31,720 bases of DNA from Micromonosporaceae bacterium (GCA_017354595.1 JAFMQQ010000001.1:1-31720); one strand, 5' to 3'; counted from the stretch's first letter, positions 19,851-29,372 are shown. Numbers and translations are program-made. The notes: generated by a model from the letters alone, not told the origin.

Positions 19851-20359
19851 CCCGCGCCTCCTTCGGCAGGTGCCGCGACGGCCGGCGGGGGCAGGTGCGG
19901 GTTGGGCAACGGCTCGGTGTCGACGTGGCCGAGGGCCGGCTGCGGCGCGAGCGGCGCCAGGTGGAACACCGCGCGGGCGGGTACCGTGCCGTTGTTCTCC
20001 ACCCGGTGCCGGATCCCGATCGGCACCATCAATCCCTCACCGGCGACCAGGTGGATCGGCTGTCCGTCCACTTTGGCGTCCATCTCGCCGGAGACCACGT
20101 AGAGGAACTCTTCCGAGTACGGGTGGTAGTGCTCGGCGACGAACTCGCTGGGGGCCAGGTCGAGGGTCCCCAGGAACCCCGAGGTGGAGCCGACGGTACG
20201 CGGGCCGAGCACCACCCGGATCTCGCCGCCGCGGCGGCGGTTCGGCGGTATGTCATCCCGGCCGATCTTCACGACTCCATTGTGGACACCGCCATTGTGG
20301 ATCGCCTCGTCGTGTCCATCATGGACTGGTCCGTTGCGAGTGGACAGTTGCGCGCTCAT
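19847..20359 (-). CDS. Cupin-fold polyketide cyclase (TcmJ/WhiE-ORFII type)
   Basis: [36 protein letters not shown]; ATG 20359 with GAGGAG RBS. Confidence 0.92.
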   Translation of the reverse strand: MSAQLSTRNGPVHDGHDEAIHNGGVHNGVVKIGRDDIPPNRRRGGEIRVVLGPRTVGSTSGFLGTLDLAPSEFVAEHYHPYSEEFLYVVSGEMDAKVDGQPIHLVAGEGLMVPIGIRHRVENNGTVPARAVFHLAPLAPQPALGHVDTEPLPNPHLPPPAVAAPAEGGAG

Positions 20360-20709
20360 GAATCGCTCCTCGGTCCGGTGTCTTCCCGGCTCCACTGGTA
20401 GAACGTGGTGGCCATGGCATCTGCGGGCTGCCGCCAACTCGGGTCGTACGGGCGCACATAGTCGGCGAGCGCGCTGTTCAGCTCGCGGAAGAGTGGATGC
20501 TCGCGGACCTCGCCGAGCCGCCGCGCCACCCCGGTCGGCCCATCGCTCTCCACCAGATGGAAGTAGAGGCTGTGATAGCTGAACAGAGTGCGGCTGCGGA
20601 CCCCGACCAGCGCGGGCAGTTCGGTGCGGTCGGATGCACCGAACAACTCGGCGACCGCGCCGGTGTGCGCCGGGTCAAGCCGCGCGACGATGAGAGTACG
20701 GGACGACAT
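20356..20709 (-). CDS. TcmI/WhiE-ORFVII-type polyketide cyclase
   Basis: RTLIVARL, ELF..SD.TELP..VGV..RTLF.Y..LYFHLVE, PYDP.W..P.DAMA..FY.W. Confidence 0.92.
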   Translation of the reverse strand: MSSRTLIVARLDPAHTGAVAELFGASDRTELPALVGVRSRTLFSYHSLYFHLVESDGPTGVARRLGEVREHPLFRELNSALADYVRPYDPSWRQPADAMATTFYQWSREDTGPRSDS

Positions 20710-21785
20710 CAGGTCTCCTTGGAGGATTGCGCTGCAGCCAGGCTGCGCCCTGGGGGTAGGAGCCGGCTCGAGGACCGGGCCAGGGCGGCCGCCGCGGCCC
20801 GCACCGTGGCGAGCTGGTCCTCGACCGATGGCGCGAGCAGGGTCAGGCCGAGCGTGGTCACGCCCGCCGCCCGGTACTCCGCGAGCCGCGGAGCGATCCG
20901 GCTCACCGGGCCGACCAGCGACGTAGCGTCGATCAGCTCGAACGGCACCGCGGCGGCTGCTGCGGCCCGATCCCCGGCCCGCAGGTGCGCCCGGATCTGA
21001 CTGGCCGCCTCGCCGAAGCCCATCCGTACCGCGAGCCGGTGGTAGATGCTGCGCTCGGCGCTGCCCAGCCCGATGAAGTTGGCGAAGTAGTGCCGCAGCG
21101 GCTGTGCCGCGGCGAGCAGATCGTCGCCGACCCCGATGGGTACCGACAGCAGCACCTCGAAGCCGGCGAGCCGGTCGCCTGGCTCCCCGGCACCCGCCGC
21201 ACGCCGCCCGGCGCGCAGCCGATCCAGCGCCTCGGCGACCTGCTGCGGTGAGCTGAACACGCCGACCCAGCCGTCACCGATTTCGCCAGCCAGCTCCTGG
21301 CTGCGCGGGCCAACCCCGGCCAGATAGATCGGCAGCCGGGCCGGTGTCGGGCCGGCGAGCTGGGCCGCGTCCGCCTCGCCCAGCCGGTAGTGCCTGCCGT
21401 GGTAGCGGACCGGCGCACCGGATAGCGCCAACCGCACCACCTCCACGTATTCACGGGTGCGGCGCAACGGCGCGTCGAAGGGTACGCCGTACCAGCCGGC
21501 CGACACGTCCGGGTTGGACACGCCCAACCCGAGCCGGAACCGGCCAGCTGACATACTGTCCAATGTGGAGGCTGTAAGTGCGGTCAACACCGGGGTCCGC
21601 GCCGGGATCTGCATGACCCCGGAGCCGAGCCCGATCCGGCTGGTCCGCGCCGCCACCGCGCCGAGCACGCTGACCGCGTCGCACCGGTACCCCTCTGGCA
21701 CCAGGGCCAGCCCGTAGCCGAGCTGCTCGGCAGCGACCGCCACTGGCACCGCGCTGTGCTGGTTGAGAAACACACCTAGCCGCAT
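20709..21785 (-). CDS. LLM-class (luciferase-like) flavin/F420-dependent oxidoreductase
   Basis: AEQLGY..V.EGY..DA, RIGLGSGVMQIPARTP, GRFRLGLGVS, PIYLAGVGP....LAGEIGDGW. Confidence 0.88.
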   Translation of the reverse strand: MRLGVFLNQHSAVPVAVAAEQLGYGLALVPEGYRCDAVSVLGAVAARTSRIGLGSGVMQIPARTPVLTALTASTLDSMSAGRFRLGLGVSNPDVSAGWYGVPFDAPLRRTREYVEVVRLALSGAPVRYHGRHYRLGEADAAQLAGPTPARLPIYLAGVGPRSQELAGEIGDGWVGVFSSPQQVAEALDRLRAGRRAAGAGEPGDRLAGFEVLLSVPIGVGDDLLAAAQPLRHYFANFIGLGSAERSIYHRLAVRMGFGEAASQIRAHLRAGDRAAAAAAVPFELIDATSLVGPVSRIAPRLAEYRAAGVTTLGLTLLAPSVEDQLATVRAAAAALARSSSRLLPPGRSLAAAQSSKET

Positions 21786-21879
21786 GCGCGAAGGCTGCTA
21801 CCGGCCGCTAGAGGATCCCCCGGAAGGCGCCCGTGCCGACTCAAGCGATCCGCAAATCGGGACCGGCACCGTGGTGCCC

Positions 21880-23091
21880 ATGCGCGTACTGTTCACCACC
21901 TGGAACATGAACGGGCACCTGAACCCGATGGTGCCGCTGGGCTGGGCGCTGCGCGCCGCCGGGCACGAGGTCGTGGTGGCCAGCAACCCGGACCTGGTTC
22001 CGGCGATCACCCGCAGCGGCCTGCCCGCGCTCGGCGTGGGCCCGCAGTTTGACTCTTTCGGTGTGCTGGTCGAGCAGGTCAAGGCCCGCGGCTGGCGGCC
22101 AACCCCGCCGGTCGACCCGGAGGCCGAGCCGGACGGTGCGGTGGCCCGAATCCGCCGGCGTAGCCTGCTCGGGCTGCGCGTCGCGGTGCAGGCAGCCGAC
22201 GCCCAGGCCGACGAGCTGGTGGCGTTCTGCCGGGACTGGCGACCCGACCTGGTGGTCTTCGAGCCCACGGGGTACGCGGGCCTGCTGGTCGCCCGGCTAC
22301 ACGGCATCCCGGCCGTCCGTCACTTGTGGAGCGTCGACCTCAGCGCACCCGTCGCCGAGTTCGAAACCGACCTGGTGGGCGAGCTGGCCGCCCGGTTCGG
22401 CCTGGACCGGCTCGGCATCAACGGCGACGTGACCCTCGACCCGTGCCCGGCGCCGATACAGGTGCACGACGGGCTGCCGCGCCGGCCGATCCGCTTCGTG
22501 CCGTACAACGGCCCCTCGGTGGTGCCGGACTGGCTGCGCGAACCGCCGTCAGCGCCCCGGATCTGCATCACCTGGGGCACGTCCCTGGACCGGTTCGGCT
22601 TCGACGACCTGATAATCGCCCCCGCGGTCGCCGAAGCGCTGACCGACTGCGACGTGGAAGTGGTCATAGCCGTCGCCGACAGCCAGCGCGACCTGTTCGG
22701 CCCGCTGCCCGGCAACGTCCGCTTCCTCGGCCCCGTCCCGCTGCACCTGGTGCTGCCCAGCTGCGCCGGCGTTGTGCACCAGGGTGGCGCCGGTGGCACC
22801 ATGACCTCGCTGCTGTTCGGTGTGCCGCAGGTCGTATTGGCCGCGATGCCGGATGGTGTCTTCCACGCCCGGCAGGTCGAGCGCGCCGGTGCCGGCCGGT
22901 ACCTGCCGGCACAGCAGGCGACCACACAGTCCATCCGAGACGCCGTACTGTCCATTTTGGATGGCGACTACCCTGGCACCGCACGGGCGCTGCGTGACCG
23001 GATGCTGGCCATGCCCGCCCCGGTGCGGGTCGCAGCCGACCTGGCGGAGCTCGCCGGGTTGGCGCAGCCGGCCGGCGTCCCGGTGCCATGA
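21880..23091 (+). CDS. Family 1 glycosyltransferase GT-F
   Basis: MRVLFTTWNMNGHLNPMVPLGWALRAAGHEVVVASNP, LDPCP, VHQGGAGGT; start at ATG 21880. Confidence 0.93.
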   Translation: MRVLFTTWNMNGHLNPMVPLGWALRAAGHEVVVASNPDLVPAITRSGLPALGVGPQFDSFGVLVEQVKARGWRPTPPVDPEAEPDGAVARIRRRSLLGLRVAVQAADAQADELVAFCRDWRPDLVVFEPTGYAGLLVARLHGIPAVRHLWSVDLSAPVAEFETDLVGELAARFGLDRLGINGDVTLDPCPAPIQVHDGLPRRPIRFVPYNGPSVVPDWLREPPSAPRICITWGTSLDRFGFDDLIIAPAVAEALTDCDVEVVIAVADSQRDLFGPLPGNVRFLGPVPLHLVLPSCAGVVHQGGAGGTMTSLLFGVPQVVLAAMPDGVFHARQVERAGAGRYLPAQQATTQSIRDAVLSILDGDYPGTARALRDRMLAMPAPVRVAADLAELAGLAQPAGVPVP

Positions 23092-23705
23092 CATCCGAAC
23101 AGCTCGCTGTGCGGGAGCACCTCGTGCTGCCCAGGCAGTTCCAGGATCTGCTGTTCCGCGAGGCGCGGTCGGCCAGCGCCTTCCAGGATGAGCCGGTCTC
23201 CGGGGAGCAGCTCGCCGCCATCTACGACTTGGTGAAGTACGGCCCGACCGCGCTCAACCAGCAGCCGTTGCGGCTGGTCGCACTGCGCAGCGAGCAGGCG
23301 AGGCGGCGGCTGCTTCCATACCTGCACGGGCACAACCAGCAGCGCGCCGCCCGCGCCCCGTTGGTCGTCCTGCTCGCCGCCGACCTGAACTTCCACCAGC
23401 GGCTGCCCGAGCTCTTCCCCGCCGGTCTGCTGCTTCGCGACGAGTTCGCCGGGCGGCCGGCGGAGCGGGCGGCGCAGGCCCGGTTCAACGCCCTGCTGCA
23501 GGCCGGCTACTTCATCATCGGAGTACGCTGCGCCGGCCTGGCCGCCGGGCCGATGACCGGCATGGACAGGGCCGCCGTCAACCGGGAGTTCTTTCCGGCC
23601 GGCGACCTGGAGGCGCTGATGGTGGTGAACATCGGCCGCCCGCTGCCCAAGACCCGCCCCAGGCTGCCCCGGCTGCCGTACCAGGACGTGGTGCGGATCC
23701 TCTGA
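23088..23705 (+). CDS. Nitroreductase-family FMN oxidoreductase (RutE/YcdI-like)
   Basis: LFREARSA..F.DEPV, GPTALNQQP, NA.LQAGYFI.G.R..GLAAGPM.G. Confidence 0.85.
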   Translation: MTSEQLAVREHLVLPRQFQDLLFREARSASAFQDEPVSGEQLAAIYDLVKYGPTALNQQPLRLVALRSEQARRRLLPYLHGHNQQRAARAPLVVLLAADLNFHQRLPELFPAGLLLRDEFAGRPAERAAQARFNALLQAGYFIIGVRCAGLAAGPMTGMDRAAVNREFFPAGDLEALMVVNIGRPLPKTRPRLPRLPYQDVVRIL

Positions 23706-23738
23706 CCACAGCATGCCGCCCGAACGCAGGGAGGGACC

Positions 23739-24722
23739 GTGTACGCCGTCTACGCCAAGGCACCCAACCCGACCAACCCGCTCGCCGCGCTCGCCGCTGG
23801 AGAACGCAGCCAACCACAGCCGGCGCCCGGCTGGGTGCTGGTCCAGGTACGGGCCGCGTCACTGAACATGCACGACGTCAACACCCTGCGCGGGGTACGG
23901 ATGGATCCCGCCCGGTACCCGATGATCCTTGGCTGTGACGGCTCGGGCGAGCTGGCCGACGGCACCGAGGTGGTGCTGCACTCCTGCGTACCGGCTCCCG
24001 GCTGGGTCGGCCCGGAGGAGCTCGACCCGGGGCGTACCGTGCTCAGCGAACGGTATCCGGGCAGCTTCGCCGAGGCGGTTGCCGTGCCGGAACGCAACGC
24101 GGTACCCAAACCGGCCTCGATGAGCCATATCGAGGCGGCCTGCCTGCCGACCGCCTGGCTCACCGCGTACCGGATGCTGTTTGTGAATTCCCGAGCCCAC
24201 CCGGGACAGACCATCCTGGTCGACGCGCGGGACCGGCTGGGCAGCATCAACGGCGCCGTGGTGGCGCTGGCTCGCAAGGCCGGATTCGAGGTGTGGGTGG
24301 CCACCGGACGGGACCGCGATCGGGTGGCCGCCACCGAGCTCGGCGCGCATCGGGTCTTCCCGGCCGGCAAGCGCCCAGACCGGCTGGTGGATGCGGTCTT
24401 CGACGCCGGCATCGACGAGGCTGGCTGGTCCCACGCCACCGACCTGGTGCGCCCGGGCGGCACCGTGGTCTGTGCCGGGTGGCGCAGCGGCACCAGCACC
24501 ATCGGCTATCGGATGGCGCTGGACGATCTGATCTTCCGCGAGGTACGCGTGGTCGGCTCCACCATGGGTACCGTGACCGATCTGGCGAACCTGCTCGCCT
24601 TCCTGGACCGCACCGGCCTGCGCCCGCAGGTCGCTGGAGAGTTCCCGCTCTCCCGCGCCGGTGAGGCGATCGGCGTCATGCTCGCCGGCCGCACCTCCGG
24701 CAAACTCGTGCTCACCGCGTGA
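23739..24722 (+). CDS. Medium-chain dehydrogenase/reductase (quinone-oxidoreductase-like)
   Basis: VQVRAASLN.HD, ILGCDGSG, AACLPTAWLTAYRML, GSTMGT, GKLVL; GTG start with GGAGGGA RBS. Confidence 0.85.
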   Translation: MYAVYAKAPNPTNPLAALAAGERSQPQPAPGWVLVQVRAASLNMHDVNTLRGVRMDPARYPMILGCDGSGELADGTEVVLHSCVPAPGWVGPEELDPGRTVLSERYPGSFAEAVAVPERNAVPKPASMSHIEAACLPTAWLTAYRMLFVNSRAHPGQTILVDARDRLGSINGAVVALARKAGFEVWVATGRDRDRVAATELGAHRVFPAGKRPDRLVDAVFDAGIDEAGWSHATDLVRPGGTVVCAGWRSGTSTIGYRMALDDLIFREVRVVGSTMGTVTDLANLLAFLDRTGLRPQVAGEFPLSRAGEAIGVMLAGRTSGKLVLTA

Positions 24723-24725
24723 CCC

Positions 24726-24751
24726 CTTCGCCGGGTATCAGGGTGGCGAAG
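24726..24751. terminator. Weak inverted repeat between convergent genes
   Basis: CTTCGCC...GGCGAAG, a 7-bp stem in the 30-bp gap between the MDR gene and the second DUF1772 gene. Confidence 0.3.
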
Positions 24752-24752
24752 C

Positions 24753-25205
24753 TCAGCGGGCGGCCAGCGCCGTAGCGGCCGCGTTGGCCAGCAGCGCGAG
24801 CAGCGCAGACGAGGTACGCAAATGGTGCCACCGGCGCCACCGCAGCCGCGGGTCCGACCAATCCGCCGGGATGGCGCTCGGGTCCAGCTTCTTGACCCGG
24901 CGGTTGATCGGCACATTGCCGAATTGAGAGACCAGCGAGACGCCGAGGCTGAGGGCGGCGCCCAGCCCGTACAGCGGCTGCCCGGTAGCGGCGGCCAGGC
25001 CCGTGGCGAGCAGCACGGAACTGAGCACCGCCGGCGGCATCACCCGGTCGAACCGGCGGCCGACCAACTGGTGGGTCTGCACGTACTGGGCCGGCTCCAG
25101 CGCCAGAAACGCCGGCACCACGCTGAGCGCCACCGCGAACAGCACCCCGGCGGTGACACCGGAGAGCACCAGCAGCGCCGTCGAGGCAAATTCGAGCATC
25201 GTCAT
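24753..25205 (-). CDS. Second anthrone oxygenase-like membrane protein (DUF1772)
   Basis: GVTAGVLFA, GNVPINRRV, W..PR.RW.RWH.LRT; start overlaps the stop of the carrier-condensation gene. Confidence 0.75.
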   Translation of the reverse strand: MTMLEFASTALLVLSGVTAGVLFAVALSVVPAFLALEPAQYVQTHQLVGRRFDRVMPPAVLSSVLLATGLAAATGQPLYGLGAALSLGVSLVSQFGNVPINRRVKKLDPSAIPADWSDPRLRWRRWHHLRTSSALLALLANAAATALAAR

Positions 25206-26749
25206 CCCACACCTCCAATGTCTACAGTGGACGATGCATCGCCGGCCACCTCGTCACCGAGCCGGGCCACGTGCCACAGCCAGCGTTCTGCCAACCGGGC
25301 GGCGCGCTGCGGGCTCACCGCGTCCGTGCGGTACCAGATGTGGCTGTCCCCGCCGCTGACCGGCAGCAGCGCCAGGCACAGCTCGAGGACCGAGGTACGC
25401 TGCGGCATCCAGATGCGGGTCACCGACAGCCCCGGCAGCACAAGTCCCGGGTGCTCGGTGCCCTGCAGCAGGAAACCCACCTGGCAGAACGGCGCGCGAC
25501 CAGTCGAGGTCGGCTGCAACTCCCAGTACAACCGCTCCAGCGGCATGAACTGGTCGGTCAGTACCCGCCCGAGCAGAGCAGTCGCGTGCTGCAGGCAGTC
25601 GCCCGCGCCGACCGAGGACGGGAAGCGCAGGATCGCCGAGGAGGCGAAGGCGCCGACCACGTTCTCGGCCGCTGGCTGGGTGCGCCCGGCCAGCGCCAAC
25701 CCGACCGCAAAGTCGTCTGCGCCGGTCTCTTCGCGCAACGCAAGGATCCAGGCAGCCAGATAGACCGCGCTCGGCATGGTGGCGTAGCAGCGGCAGGTCC
25801 GCCTCAGCCGCTCGGCGTTGACGGCGGACAGCCGCACCGGCTGGTCGTCGACCGGGCCGCTGGGCGACGAGGGGAGCATCTCGCACGGCATATCCGGCAC
25901 GCCCCGCAGGTGCTCCAGCCAGAACTGCTCGTCGGCCGGCGCACCCGTCACCTCGGCGGCCACCTCCTGGAATCCCGGCACCGCCGGCAGGTCCGGCTCC
26001 TGTCCACTGTGGAATGATCGGTACGCGATGGCGAGATCGCGACAGATCAACCCGTCCGACCAGCCGTCATATGCGGTCTGGTGCAGCCCGAGAGCCAGGC
26101 AGTGGTCGGCCGGGCCGAGCCGGAACAACCGCGACCGCAACGGCCGGTCCCGCCCCATATCGAACGGCTCCCAAAGCAAGCCCTCGATCGCCGCGAGCAG
26201 TCCAGCCCCGGCTACTTCCACAGTGGACAGTTCCGGCTCGGAGCCGGGCGGCAGGACGAGCGGCGTGACGCGCCAGCCGTCGTCAGTTGTCAGAATGGTG
26301 CGCAGCGCCGAGTGCCGGTCCACCAGATAGCTCAGCGCGCGAGCCAGCGCCGGCAGGTCCAGCGGACCGCGGATGCGAAACAGCATCGGGTTTATCGCGT
26401 CCCCGCTACCTGGGCGCTGCTGCTCCAGGTACCACATGCGGTGCTGGCTGACCGGCAGCCCACCTACCAGACGGGTAACGCCACCACGAGGTGTGCCCAC
26501 CAGGGGCGCGCCAGCGGCACACTCGGATCCCGAGCGGCCGGCGACGATCTCGGCGATCAGCCGCGGGGTACGCCCGGTGACCACATCCGGCGGGGTGACC
26601 AGGCAACCGTGCAGCTGCCGGAGGCGGTTCACCAACTGGACCGTGGTGACCGAATCGGCACCTGTGTCAAACAGGTCGGTATCGGGGCCGACCGGCCCAG
26701 GAAGCAGGTCGACCGCGGCACGGGTGATCGTGGTGACCAACGTTTCCAT
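25202..26749 (-). CDS. Stand-alone carrier protein (T)-condensation (C) didomain
   Basis: DLFDTGADSV carrier Ser motif; LPVSQHRMW, GPLD..AL..AL..LV.RH.ALRT, LHQTAYDGWS; no adenylation domain. Confidence 0.85.
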   Translation of the reverse strand: METLVTTITRAAVDLLPGPVGPDTDLFDTGADSVTTVQLVNRLRQLHGCLVTPPDVVTGRTPRLIAEIVAGRSGSECAAGAPLVGTPRGGVTRLVGGLPVSQHRMWYLEQQRPGSGDAINPMLFRIRGPLDLPALARALSYLVDRHSALRTILTTDDGWRVTPLVLPPGSEPELSTVEVAGAGLLAAIEGLLWEPFDMGRDRPLRSRLFRLGPADHCLALGLHQTAYDGWSDGLICRDLAIAYRSFHSGQEPDLPAVPGFQEVAAEVTGAPADEQFWLEHLRGVPDMPCEMLPSSPSGPVDDQPVRLSAVNAERLRRTCRCYATMPSAVYLAAWILALREETGADDFAVGLALAGRTQPAAENVVGAFASSAILRFPSSVGAGDCLQHATALLGRVLTDQFMPLERLYWELQPTSTGRAPFCQVGFLLQGTEHPGLVLPGLSVTRIWMPQRTSVLELCLALLPVSGGDSHIWYRTDAVSPQRAARLAERWLWHVARLGDEVAGDASSTVDIGGVG

Positions 26750-26772
26750 GGCCCGCAGCAAACCAGCGCAGG

Positions 26773-26800
26773 CTCAAGGCGCACTCAAGCGCTGTTGAGC
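26773..26800. promoter_or_regulatory. Putative SARP-binding direct repeats in a divergent promoter region
   Basis: CTCAAG at 26773 and 26784 (11-bp period) plus an inverted TTGAGC at 26795; a SARP gene lies in the window. Confidence 0.55.
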
Positions 26801-26889
26801 CGACACCCAGTCCGTCCATGCCTCTACCGCGGCTCCAGCCACGGCCGCTGTTCTGGTGGGCGACCGGCCCACCGGGTGAGGAGATCAGC

Positions 26890-28317
26890 ATGTCCGTGGA
26901 GACCATGACACAGCCCCTTCGCCACACCGACCCTGGCCTGTCCCAGCGCATCGCTGAATCTGCCCTGGCCCGCGACGGTGGTGTGATGCGCGACAACCAG
27001 TTCTGGCAGTGGCTGCGGGAGCGGCGGCAACACCAGTTGCAACGGGTGACCCGGGTACCCTTCGCCGAACTGCGGGACTGGCGGTTCCGGCCGGACACCG
27101 GAAACCTTTGCCATTCCAGCGGGCGGTTCTTCTCGGTGGAGGGCCTGCGGGTCAGCACCGACTTCGGGCCGGTGTCCAAGTGGACCCAGCCCATCATCAA
27201 TCAGCCCGAGATCGGCATCCTGGGCATCGCCGTCCGGGAGATCGACGGAGTTCTGCACTTCCTGATGCAGGCCAAGATCGAGCCGGGCAACATCAACGGA
27301 GTGCAGCTCGCCCCGACCGTACAGGCGACCAAGAGCAACTACACCCGAGTGCACCGTGGCGCCGCCGTGCCGTACCTGGAGACCTTCCGCGACCCTCCAC
27401 CGGACCGGGTCATCACCGATGTCCTGCAGTCGGAGCAGGGCGCGTGGTTCTACCGCAAACGCAACCGCAACATGGTCGTCGAGGTCGGCCCGGAGATCGA
27501 GGCCGGCGAGGACTTCTGCTGGCTGACCCTGGGCCAGCTGTACCGGCTGCTGCGGGTAGACAACCTGGTGAGTATGGACGCACGGACCGTGCTGTCCTGC
27601 CTGCCCTACATCCCCTCGGTCGGCACGCACAAGCCGCTCGGTGCGGCCATCGCCCGGTCCGCCGACTGGTCCACCGGTGGCCTCTGCACCACCTCTGAGA
27701 TCCTGAGCTGGATCACCGCCCGGCAGACCGCACAGGAGCTGACCGTACTGCCCATACCGCTGCGGGAGGTGGACGGCTGGCGGTGCGACCCGTGGGCCAT
27801 CTCGCACGAGCTGGGACTGTACTTCAGCGTGATCGCGGTACAGGTGGAGTCGAACCGGCGGGAGGTGACCAAGTGGTCCCAGCCGCTGCTCGCGCCGTGC
27901 GGCCTGGGTATGGTCGCATTCCTGGTCAAACGCTTCGAGGGAGTGCTGCACGTACTGGTCAATGCACGGGTCGAGCCCGGCTACATGGATACGGTCGAGC
28001 TGGCACCCACCGTGCAAGCCACTCCGTCCAACTACGTGCACCTGGCCCCCGAGAACCGGCCACCCTTCCTCGACGTGGTGCTCTGCAGCAGGCCAGAGCA
28101 GATCCTCTTCGACGTCGAGCTGGCCGAGGAGGGCGGCCGGTTCCACCACGCCCAGTGCCGGTACGTGATCGTGGAGGTCGACGACGACTTCCCCGAGCAG
28201 GTCCGCCCGGAGTTCCGCTGGATGACCCTGCACCAGCTCAGCCGGCTGCTGATGCACAGCCACTACCTCAACGTTCAGGCCCGCACGCTGGTCGCCTGCC
28301 TGCGCGGTCTCGCATGA
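26890..28317 (+). CDS. NDP-hexose 2,3-dehydratase
   Basis: H.SGRFFSVEG, QPII.QPEIGILG, MQAKIEPGN, QL.PTVQAT.SNY (present twice), QSEQG.WFYRKRNRN, EEGGRF; ATG 26890 with GAGGAG RBS. Confidence 0.95.
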   Translation: MSVETMTQPLRHTDPGLSQRIAESALARDGGVMRDNQFWQWLRERRQHQLQRVTRVPFAELRDWRFRPDTGNLCHSSGRFFSVEGLRVSTDFGPVSKWTQPIINQPEIGILGIAVREIDGVLHFLMQAKIEPGNINGVQLAPTVQATKSNYTRVHRGAAVPYLETFRDPPPDRVITDVLQSEQGAWFYRKRNRNMVVEVGPEIEAGEDFCWLTLGQLYRLLRVDNLVSMDARTVLSCLPYIPSVGTHKPLGAAIARSADWSTGGLCTTSEILSWITARQTAQELTVLPIPLREVDGWRCDPWAISHELGLYFSVIAVQVESNRREVTKWSQPLLAPCGLGMVAFLVKRFEGVLHVLVNARVEPGYMDTVELAPTVQATPSNYVHLAPENRPPFLDVVLCSRPEQILFDVELAEEGGRFHHAQCRYVIVEVDDDFPEQVRPEFRWMTLHQLSRLLMHSHYLNVQARTLVACLRGLA

Positions 28318-29372
28318 CCGGCCCGCTGCGCTTCGGCGTCCTGGGCTGCGCGGACATCGCCGTCCGGCGCACCCTCCCGGCGATCTGCTCCCACCCGGAC
28401 ACCACGCTGACCTGGGTGGCGAGCCGGGACCCGGCGAAGGCGGCCCGGGTCGCCGACCGCTTCGGCTGCCGCGCGACCGACTACGCCGGGCTGCTCGAGC
28501 GCGACGACGTGGACGCGGTATACCTGCCCCTGCCACCCTCGCTGCACCTGGAGTGGGGCGCCCAGGTGCTGGCCTGCGGCAAGCACCTGCTGGTGGAGAA
28601 GCCACTGGCGCCGGATGCCGCGCAGGCCGCCGAGCTGGCCCAGCTGGCCGCCGAGTCGGGCCTGGTGCTGCGGGACAACATGACCTTCCTGCACCACCCG
28701 GTACACGCCAGGGTGCGCGAGTTGGTCGCCGCCGGCAGGCTGGGCGAGGTACGCGCGCTACACGCCGCCTTCTGCTTCCCGCCACTCTCCAATGTGGACA
28801 TACGGTACTCACGAGCCCTGGCCGGCGGTGCCCTGCTCGACGCGGGGGTGTACCCGCTGCGCTGCGCCCAGCTCATGCTCGGTGAACAGCTACGGGTGGC
28901 CGGCGCTGTGCTGCGCGAGGACCCGGATCGCGGCGTGGACCTGTCCGGGCAGGCGCTACTGGTCTCCGCCGGGGGCGTGCCGGCGAGCCTGGCCTTCGGC
29001 TTCGAGCACAGCTACGGCTCCTGGTACACCCTCTGGGGAAGCACCGCGCGGCTGCACCTGGACCGGGCGTTCACCCCGCCGGCGTACCGGCAGCCGGTGC
29101 TGCGCATCGAAGAGCAGGACCGGGTGGAGGAGCTGACCCTCGCCCCGTACCACCAGTTCGAGGGCTCGGTCGGCGCGTTCGCGGCGGCGGCTCGCGACGG
29201 TGGCCGGGACGAGAGCGTCTGGCGCGCCGCCGCGCTGGGCACCCTGCGCCTCGCCGACCAGATCCGCGACCTCGCGGTGCGCGTTCCGGCACAGCCCCGC
29301 CGCGGCCAGCCGATCCAGCCGGCCGGCAGTCGGGCGGCGACCGGCATCAGCGCTGGGCATGACGGCGGGTGA
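28314..29372 (+). CDS. NDP-hexose 3-ketoreductase (Gfo/Idh/MocA family)
   Basis: FGVLGCADIA.RR.LPA, DAVYLPLP, GKHLLVEKP, GGALLDAGVYP; ATGA overlap with the 2,3-dehydratase. Confidence 0.92.
   Translation: MTGPLRFGVLGCADIAVRRTLPAICSHPDTTLTWVASRDPAKAARVADRFGCRATDYAGLLERDDVDAVYLPLPPSLHLEWGAQVLACGKHLLVEKPLAPDAAQAAELAQLAAESGLVLRDNMTFLHHPVHARVRELVAAGRLGEVRALHAAFCFPPLSNVDIRYSRALAGGALLDAGVYPLRCAQLMLGEQLRVAGAVLREDPDRGVDLSGQALLVSAGGVPASLAFGFEHSYGSWYTLWGSTARLHLDRAFTPPAYRQPVLRIEEQDRVEELTLAPYHQFEGSVGAFAAAARDGGRDESVWRAAALGTLRLADQIRDLAVRVPAQPRRGQPIQPAGSRAATGISAGHDGG

Noticed and set aside
27783-28313. Apparent N-terminal extension of the 3-ketoreductase
   Set aside because: An alternative frame of the 2,3-dehydratase; the real start is ATG 28314 overlapping its stop
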